A stretch of 30,904 bases of DNA from Candidatus Saccharimonadota bacterium (GTDB lineage: Bacteria > Patescibacteriota > Saccharimonadia > Saccharimonadales > JACDBH01), in NCBI GenBank assembly GCA_020428565.1, contig JAGQMT010000001.1, positions 1-30,904 of the forward strand, in the 5' to 3' direction. Below, one piece after another: positions 24,409 to 30,904 of this stretch. How positions within the stretch are numbered: the first letter of the stretch is position 1; each line of letters begins with the position of its first letter. The notes below the pieces were generated by a model that searched no databases, was not told where the DNA came from, and saw only the letters and a list, made by a program, of their open reading frames with translations. The translations under genes and the position numbers were made by a program.

Positions 24409-25443
24409 ATGCTTGACGACCTAAAATATATTCACGAAAAAGATGGCCAAGACGCACTGGGGATTGCCAAAAAACAATGGGAGCAACTAGCCTACGGCTT
24501 TGACATTGGTGATTGGCAAATCAACCATGTGACTAATGTTGTCTTCGCTGGAATGGGCGGTTCAGCACTAGCGGCGCTCTTAGCTCAATCATGGCCAGGT
24601 TTTGAAATACCGTTTGAAATATCCAGAGACTATTCAATCCCAAGTTACGTATCTGACACAACGCTTTTTATAGCCTCTAGCTATTCTGGTAATACCGAAG
24701 AAACTATCGAAGCAATTGGCCTCGCACAAGCAAAAGGCGCTCAAATAGCCGTCATCACTGCCGGTGGACAGCTCCAAACAATCGCACAAGACAACAATTT
24801 GCCGTTAGCACTACTACCAAGTGGTATACAACCAAGATTTGCCACCCTCTATAGCTTTAAGGCGTTAATAACAATTCTAGAACACGCCAATTTGCTAGAC
24901 AAAACCGAGGCCAGCAAAGAACTCGCTAGAGCAGGGGAGTTTTTGCACAATGTCATCGCCAAATGGAGGCCTGATGTCAGAACTGATCAAAATCTAGCCA
25001 AACAATTAGCCCTAGAGCTGTCTGGAAGCACCCCGGTTGTTTATGCTGGACCCAAGCTATTCCCAACAGCCTACAAGTGGAAAATTAGCTTCAACGAAAA
25101 CGCCAAAAACGTTGCTTGGTGTAATCAGTTTCCAGAATTCAATCATAACGAATTTCTAGGTTGGAGTTCGCATCCTATTGATAAACCATACAAAATAATC
25201 CAACTCGTCAGCCACCTGGAACATGAACGTGTACAAAAACGGTTCGAGGTGAGTAACAAATTACTCAGTGGGCGCTGGCCGCATCCGTTGACTGTAGAAA
25301 TTCAGGGCAGTGACATATTTGAGCAATTACTTTATGCTGTGGCACTGGGTGATTTTGTGTCATTATATTTGGCCCTGTTGAACGGTCTCAATCCAACCCC
25401 TGTCGACCTAATAGAAAAGTTCAAAACCGACCTGAACAACTAG
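24409..25443 (+). CDS. Bifunctional phosphoglucose/phosphomannose isomerase (SIS domains)
   Basis: AGMGGSAL, SSYSGNTEET, QPR, WKISFNENAK, PEFNHNE, NPTPVDLIEKFK. Confidence 0.92.
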   Translation: MLDDLKYIHEKDGQDALGIAKKQWEQLAYGFDIGDWQINHVTNVVFAGMGGSALAALLAQSWPGFEIPFEISRDYSIPSYVSDTTLFIASSYSGNTEETIEAIGLAQAKGAQIAVITAGGQLQTIAQDNNLPLALLPSGIQPRFATLYSFKALITILEHANLLDKTEASKELARAGEFLHNVIAKWRPDVRTDQNLAKQLALELSGSTPVVYAGPKLFPTAYKWKISFNENAKNVAWCNQFPEFNHNEFLGWSSHPIDKPYKIIQLVSHLEHERVQKRFEVSNKLLSGRWPHPLTVEIQGSDIFEQLLYAVALGDFVSLYLALLNGLNPTPVDLIEKFKTDLNN

Positions 25444-25622
25444 ACATCCATCTAGCATATACCCTCAGGCTTCAGAACCACTGATACAATTCATATAGCG
25501 ACCACTCTATTCATGATGCACTATTTTGTGTAACGACAAAGATAGAAGATAATTATTCATTTATAGATACCTCGCATTACCATAATCAACCTACCTCAAG
25601 ACACCTCCCCTTGGGAGTATGC

Positions 25623-26417
25623 TTAATCACGAATCGCAGCCATCTGCCAGTAATCTTCAAATATAGCTCGTTGCATATCGGCAAAATATTTGCTAACTAT
25701 CTCGGCGCCAACCTTCTTGCCCGCCTGCCAATTATATATGCTAACTGTGTCATTATAAATGCAAAGCTGTTGTGATATTGGTATAACCTCTTTATCTAAA
25801 AAACGACGATTGTATGATTGCTCTACAAAGGCAATGTTTTTTGTAAATTGGTTTGGTTTTCCTTTGGGGTTAACTATCTCCCTAATAATATAGCCAGCGT
25901 CTAAGGTTTTTTGTCGGTGCTTTTCGGCCCAGCGCTGACTGCCTACTAGATCCTGCAAAGTACCATTGGCAAATATCAATATTTCATCTTTTGTCCTCAG
26001 CTCATTCCAAAGCATCTGCTTCATGCCATCCACCCCTTCATAAGTATTAACCTCAAAATCACTACTCCCTAATATGGACTTTTGACCATAGATGGTTTGC
26101 AACACCGGTATCGTCTCATGTAAGGCACTCTTTTTGACGTCTAGCTTTACCTCCTCAGTTTTGATAGCAATCTCTAAGTTCATAGGATTGTTCGCCACGA
26201 GCCTTCTACCAGTGTCATTTTGATTTTCGGCAATCAAACCCCGCTTTTCTAGCTCATCTGCAATCCTATACACCTTAGTGCGATTCACACCAGTTTTGCG
26301 GGCAACCTCTAGATGACTCATTGATTCTTTAAGTAACGCAAGGTACACCTTGCCCTCATCGGCCGAAAGTCCTAGTCTGTAAAGTTGTGATAAAAGATTG
26401 TTTGTGTTGTTCAACAT
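25623..26417 (-). CDS. TrmB-family HTH transcriptional regulator
   Basis: LYRLGLSADEGKVYLALLK...VNRTKVYRIADELEKRGLI, then YEGVDGMKQMLW and IYNDTVSIY. Likely start ATG 26417. Confidence 0.85.
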   Translation of the reverse strand: MLNNTNNLLSQLYRLGLSADEGKVYLALLKESMSHLEVARKTGVNRTKVYRIADELEKRGLIAENQNDTGRRLVANNPMNLEIAIKTEEVKLDVKKSALHETIPVLQTIYGQKSILGSSDFEVNTYEGVDGMKQMLWNELRTKDEILIFANGTLQDLVGSQRWAEKHRQKTLDAGYIIREIVNPKGKPNQFTKNIAFVEQSYNRRFLDKEVIPISQQLCIYNDTVSIYNWQAGKKVGAEIVSKYFADMQRAIFEDYWQMAAIRD

Positions 26418-26424
26418 AGTGAAC

Positions 26425-26453
26425 AGTTTAGCATTTTTACAATAATATGTCAA
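26425..26453 (-). promoter_or_regulatory. Promoter of the leaderless TrmB-like gene
   Basis: TTGACA, 17 bp, TGc-TAAACT, 7 nt, then ATG 26417. Confidence 0.75.
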
Positions 26454-26465
26454 TATATACAAGTT

Positions 26466-27272
26466 ATGAAAGAATTACAGAATACAATATTAGATCAACA
26501 CGCTAGGGTGCAATCGGCTGGTGAAAACGGTCATACAGTCTTAAGTGAAGCAAAAGGTGAGATTATGCAGGTTGCGACGCCCGACGCTACACAAGATACT
26601 CTTGATAGAACATCTCGTCTTACTAGCCTGAATTATGATACGGTACTATCACGTGCACCAGGCGTGAGAGAGACTGGTTCATTGCCAAGAAGATTAGCAA
26701 AGATTACCAAGGGACTACTTGAGTTCTCTCAGAGAAGTGGCCTAATCGTACCCAACCAAGGTTATGTCGGCCTTATCACACTTGACGAAACCGAAAAAGC
26801 CAGTGATGTTTTCGGCTTTTCAGCAGTATCAGACCAGCAAATTCAAAAAGAAGACCCGATACAAACTGCCTGTGGCGAAGATTTCTTTTATCCACCAATG
26901 ATGTGGGCTAAGGCACTATACTCCGAAGCATATAAAAATCGTGGCGAATCACAAAGAGAGTTGGCAGTACATGAATGGATAGCCAAGCTTGTTGGAGAAA
27001 ATTTATTTCAGGGATCCAAGCCAATCAACGGTGGTCTACTTGGTGCATCTGGATTCATGCCTTCAGGCGGACAAAATGGCATGATGGCAACATTAAAAAG
27101 ATCACCAAAAAGAAAGGAGCATCTACTAGCAGAGGAAGTTCAAGAATTCCGTGGGTCTGGGCTCATGGATCAAGCTTGTCTAGAAGACATCACACCTCAC
27201 GGCAACGTTGATAAAACAAGCGTAGCGTTACTTGCTGGTCATATCCTTATGTCTAAAGGTTCATTAAATTAA
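26466..27272 (+). CDS. Hypothetical protein
   Basis: 268-aa ORF divergent from the TrmB-like gene. No family recognised. Confidence 0.7.
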   Translation: MKELQNTILDQHARVQSAGENGHTVLSEAKGEIMQVATPDATQDTLDRTSRLTSLNYDTVLSRAPGVRETGSLPRRLAKITKGLLEFSQRSGLIVPNQGYVGLITLDETEKASDVFGFSAVSDQQIQKEDPIQTACGEDFFYPPMMWAKALYSEAYKNRGESQRELAVHEWIAKLVGENLFQGSKPINGGLLGASGFMPSGGQNGMMATLKRSPKRKEHLLAEEVQEFRGSGLMDQACLEDITPHGNVDKTSVALLAGHILMSKGSLN

Positions 27273-27296
27273 CTTATTTATAGTAAACTATATAGT

Positions 27297-28277
27297 ATGA
27301 AAGTTGGTATACAAGAATTAACTGATACTGTACGGCGGGGAGTAGAGAAACTTGGCTATAGTGGTGGTGACGCACAGATTATTACAGACGTACTAATGTA
27401 TGCACAACTTCGTGGCAACAATCAAGGCATCACAAAAATTGCTACTGGTGGCGTACCAAAGCCCGAAGAACTAGAGACGCTTCAGTTATCGACAGAGAAC
27501 AAATGCGCAAAACTTATTTCTGGTGGACATGCCATGGTAGCATTAGTCAAAGCTGCCGATATGGCAGTAAAGTTAGCAGAGGAACACGGTGTAGGGATAG
27601 TTGCCACAAACCGTTCATTTACTTCATCTGGAGCGCTTGGCTTTTTCTCTAGAAGAATTGCCAAAAGGGGATATATAGGGTTTATCTGTGTGGGTAATGG
27701 GTCATTTGCATTTGTTGCGCCAGAAGGCTCCGCCGAGCCAAAGTTTGGTACAAATCCTCTTTCTTACGCCTTTCCTTATAACGGTGGTGAGGTTGTATTT
27801 GATAATGCTACAGCAGCAATGGCGTATTTTGGTATTGTAGAGGCCAAGCTCAACGGAGAAAGTCTGTCTGAAGGTATAGGATTTGACAAAGACGGCAACC
27901 CAAGCACCGATCCAGGTGCTGTACTAGAGGGCTCTATCTCGACTTTTGCTGGACATAAGGGCTATGGACTATCTTTACTAGTGCAGTTACTTGGTGGTCC
28001 GTTTGCAAAGGCTGGTACACCCGGAGTAAACGAAGAGGATGGCTCAGGTAACTTTGTATTAGCTATAGATCCAGGCCTACTTGCTGGTAGAGAGGAATAT
28101 ATGAACCGTGCCACAAAGCTAGTAGAGCAGATAAAATCAGCCAAGCCCCTGCCTGGCAGACAAGTGTACTTACCTGGCGAAAAAGGTGATACCTTAGCAA
28201 CAAAATGTGAAGAAACTGGTGAAGTTGAAATAGCAGATGCCATTTGGAATGAATTGATTGCGTTTATCGAAAATTAG
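27297..28277 (+). CDS. Ldh_2 family (type 2 malate/L-lactate dehydrogenase-like) oxidoreductase
   Basis: YAQLRG..G, GTNPLSYAFP, V.D.AT, GHKGYGLSLLVQLL, FVLAIDP, LPGE. Confidence 0.88.
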   Translation: MKVGIQELTDTVRRGVEKLGYSGGDAQIITDVLMYAQLRGNNQGITKIATGGVPKPEELETLQLSTENKCAKLISGGHAMVALVKAADMAVKLAEEHGVGIVATNRSFTSSGALGFFSRRIAKRGYIGFICVGNGSFAFVAPEGSAEPKFGTNPLSYAFPYNGGEVVFDNATAAMAYFGIVEAKLNGESLSEGIGFDKDGNPSTDPGAVLEGSISTFAGHKGYGLSLLVQLLGGPFAKAGTPGVNEEDGSGNFVLAIDPGLLAGREEYMNRATKLVEQIKSAKPLPGRQVYLPGEKGDTLATKCEETGEVEIADAIWNELIAFIEN

Positions 28278-28313
28278 CTTGAAATAATCGTAAGCATAGA
28301 TTAAAGAGTTGTA

Positions 28314-29552
28314 TTATTCGTATCTGAGGGATTCTATAGGGTCTTTGCGGGCAGCTTTGATTGCTGGCACTGTACCAAATACTATACCGATACCAGCCGA
28401 CACACCAACCGTCACGCCCACCGCTCGCCATGTAATAACTGGTACTAAATCGGTCAGTATCGATATCACCACATTACCGCTCATTGCCACCACAACCCCA
28501 AAGATGCCACCCAAGACACTTAGTAGTGTCGCCTCTACCATAAACTGACTATATATTTCATGATTGGTTGCACCCAAAGACTTACGCACTCCAATCTCCC
28601 TAGTACGCTCAGTGACAGATACGAACATTATATTCATTATCCCTATACCACCGACCAACAGGGCAATACCGGCCACAACTACTACAAAAGAGGTAGCCAC
28701 CCCAATCGTACTCCTAGCCACCAAATCTACTTCGCTAGATTTCAGGATAGTAAAATCCTCTTGGTTACCATGATTGGCCAATAGCGAAATCTGGATATCA
28801 TCTATCAGACCGTCTACCTGAGCCGGGTCATTGGATAAAAATAATATCTGATAAATAAACGGTTCGATATCTGTAATACTTCTGGCTGTATCATAGGATA
28901 TAAAGACCGCTTTATTGAGATCTGTCACGGAACTAAGAGGATTGGTCTTGAACTCATCAAACACGCCCCCAACCACAAAATCATTGTTGCGGATATTAAT
29001 CAACTTACCCAAGGGAACGTTCTCACCGTACAACTCCTCGGCTACCCGTTTGCCAATGACGACCGAATTTTTACCAGAACCATTACTAAAAAACGATCCA
29101 TAGGCTACAGCCTGTCCTAATAACTCTGGCAAATCTTCACTGACGGCAATCACCTGAGCCTCTTCGTAGGTACTACCATCGTAATCATAGGGCAGACCAG
29201 ACAATGTAGATAGTGGTGACACAGCCTTAACCTGTTCACTATTCTTGATAGATTGGTAATCTTTTTCCGACAAACTACCCACACCGAGCGATGCCAAATA
29301 ATTAATATCTGTGATATTGCCATCGTCATCTCTACGTGCGAGAGAACCAGGCCGAACACTGACAAGATCTGGGTTATTGGCTTGATTAGCCTCAACAATA
29401 TGACGTCGCAAGCCTTCACTAACAGATACTGTCATAATTACGGATGAAACACCTATGATGATACCAACCATGGTCAGTAAACTGCGAGTTTTGTTATTTC
29501 TGATAGACGATACCGCCATTCGGGTATTATCATTGAATAAAATTGAACGCAT
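28314..29552 (-). CDS. ABC transporter permease, MacB/FtsX-like
   Basis: RSLLTMVGIIIGVSSVI, VGGIGIMNIMFVSVTERTREIGVRKSLGA, PAIKAARKDPIESLRYE. Confidence 0.93.
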   Translation of the reverse strand: MRSILFNDNTRMAVSSIRNNKTRSLLTMVGIIIGVSSVIMTVSVSEGLRRHIVEANQANNPDLVSVRPGSLARRDDDGNITDINYLASLGVGSLSEKDYQSIKNSEQVKAVSPLSTLSGLPYDYDGSTYEEAQVIAVSEDLPELLGQAVAYGSFFSNGSGKNSVVIGKRVAEELYGENVPLGKLINIRNNDFVVGGVFDEFKTNPLSSVTDLNKAVFISYDTARSITDIEPFIYQILFLSNDPAQVDGLIDDIQISLLANHGNQEDFTILKSSEVDLVARSTIGVATSFVVVVAGIALLVGGIGIMNIMFVSVTERTREIGVRKSLGATNHEIYSQFMVEATLLSVLGGIFGVVVAMSGNVVISILTDLVPVITWRAVGVTVGVSAGIGIVFGTVPAIKAARKDPIESLRYE

Positions 29553-30457
29553 TATGACTTATCTCCTTGAGATTTAGCCTTATAACCCCGAGAGGCACGC
29601 TTAATTTTTTTGGGCTTCTTGGACTTTTTGTCTGAGCGAGTGATATTGGCACGCTCAGGCGCAGGCTTAGCTGGAACTTCTTGCATAAAAGCCGATATAC
29701 TCTGCAAACGTTCATTGTCATAATCTTTGGCAAGCGCTATGTCTGACTTGGCAAGACTAGGTACTTCGCCTAATTTGGTTTGCTGATCGTGAGTGATAGA
29801 CCCGTCGACCATATACAGTACTCTGGTAGCGTACCTTGTTAGTTCTGGGTTGTGCGTTACCATCAACACCGTACTACCCGTAGTATGCAATTCAGCCAAT
29901 ATCTCCATGACCACACGACTACTATGACTATCTAGGTTACCAGTAGGTTCATCTGCGATGATGAGGCTAGGATTGTTGACTAACGCCCTAGCGATAGCTA
30001 CACGCTGTGCTTGACCACCACTAAGAGTCTTGGGATAGTAAAATTCTTTTTCTTTGAGACCAACCCTATCCAGCGCCGCCGATGCTTGTTCTAAGCGTTT
30101 GGTAAGCGATACCCCCTTATAGGCAAGGGGTAGGGCGACATTATCTATGGTCGTTAGTTTGGGCAATAAATTAAATGACTGGAAAATAAAGCCAATATGA
30201 TCACGCCTAGTCTTTGCTAGTCTACCCGGTCTTAGCTTGGATACCAACCGACCGCTAAGGTGATAGGTGCCATGAGTCGGTCTGTCTAGCAGACCGATGA
30301 TATTTAACAGACTAGATTTACCAGAACCCGACGGACCCATGATGGCCACAAATTCGCCTTTTTCTATCTCTAGGCTGACTTCATCAAGGGCTACGGTGGT
30401 AGCATTACCAAAGCCGTATATCCTCGAAACTTCTTCTAGTTTTATAACATTAGACAT
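29552..30457 (-). CDS. ABC transporter ATP-binding protein, MacB/LolD-like, with basic C-terminal tail
   Basis: GPSGSGKS, LSGGQAQRVAIARAL, ADEPTGNLD, VTH. Likely start ATG 30457, because the longer track ORF overlaps the tRNA. TAATG overlap with the permease. Confidence 0.93.
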   Translation of the reverse strand: MSNVIKLEEVSRIYGFGNATTVALDEVSLEIEKGEFVAIMGPSGSGKSSLLNIIGLLDRPTHGTYHLSGRLVSKLRPGRLAKTRRDHIGFIFQSFNLLPKLTTIDNVALPLAYKGVSLTKRLEQASAALDRVGLKEKEFYYPKTLSGGQAQRVAIARALVNNPSLIIADEPTGNLDSHSSRVVMEILAELHTTGSTVLMVTHNPELTRYATRVLYMVDGSITHDQQTKLGEVPSLAKSDIALAKDYDNERLQSISAFMQEVPAKPAPERANITRSDKKSKKPKKIKRASRGYKAKSQGDKS

Positions 30458-30536
30458 TACTTTATAGTTTACGAAAAATTTACCCCTATTCATAGGTGTA
30501 AAATATACAAAACTTACGATATAATAATATTTGTCT

Positions 30537-30626
30537 GGAGAGGTGCAGGAGTGGTTGAACTGGCAGTCCTGGAAAGACTGTGAGCCGGCAACGGTTCCGA
30601 GGGTTCGAATCCCTCTCTCTCCGCCA
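30537..30626 (+). tRNA. tRNA-Ser(GGA), encoded CCA
   Basis: Anticodon arm CAGTC-CTGGAAA-GACTG, long variable arm, GAGGG-TTCGAAT-CCCTC. 90 nt. Confidence 0.96.
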
Positions 30627-30638
30627 TAACAAAAATAA

Positions 30639-30662
30639 TCTGTCATCAAGACAGACTTTTTT
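30639..30662 (+). terminator. Terminator after the tRNA
   Basis: TCTGTC-atcaa-GACAGA followed by a T run. Confidence 0.6.
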
Positions 30663-30685
30663 GTTTTATAGAGCAGGAAAGAAGG

Positions 30686-30904
30686 CTACTTGGCACGGAC
30701 AAACACTACAGCGCTGACAGCTTTTGTGCCAGCCCACTTCAGGGCGGTTGACGCAACTTCGATAGTTGCGCCGGTTGTCAGAACATCATCAATAATCATA
30801 ATATGTCTGTTGGCCACCAAATCTTTATTGATGACCCCAAAACTACCTTTTGGCTGAACAAGTCTCTTGGTCTTAGTAGCACCGACCTATCGTGCCTGAC
30901 CACT
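30686..30904 (-). pseudogene. comF: ComF-family (PRTase-like) 3' part with a premature TAG
   Basis: SGQAR*VGATKTKRLVQ...HIMIIDDVLTTGATIEVA...AVSAVVFVRAK*. In-frame TAG at 30889-30887 where the family has Q in RQVG. Confidence 0.8.

Noticed and set aside
6577-29733. Numerous short antisense or out-of-frame ORFs within the helicase, valS, tsaD, groEL, Ldh_2 and ABC genes
   Set aside because: Fully nested in well-supported genes, with no motifs or start signals.
1-30904. CRISPR array, integron attC array or prophage
   Set aside because: No regularly spaced direct repeats, integrase, or phage structural genes were seen.

Overview
Bacterial chromosomal segment in standard genetic code. The gene set and style suggest a Patescibacteria/CPR genome, probably Saccharibacteria (inference): two TrmB-like HTH regulators, a bifunctional PGI/PMI, a divergent MurE, an LPxTG protein and many apparently leaderless genes. 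Housekeeping content: valS, tsaD, murE, groES-groEL with a CIRCE operator, a HIT protein, a MacB-like ABC pair, two near-identical tRNA-Ser genes and a comF fragment with a premature stop. An IS256 mini-element nested in an IS30 remnant sits at the left. The main observation is four dispersed mini-gene cassettes (about 2048-2574 +, 5212-6270 -, 9726-10549 -, 18450-19053 -). Each has an SD-led small ORF whose coding sequence is rich in, or fully tiled by, hairpins, and whose 5' leader and 3' trailer are complementary in nested order, so the RNA would close on itself. One cassette ends at a canonical type III hammerhead ribozyme (9681-9731, - strand) 76 nt upstream of a 1103-aa HrpA/HrpB-like RNA helicase gene, which lies between two of the cassettes. 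All pairings were found by eye and need computational folding and shuffle controls.
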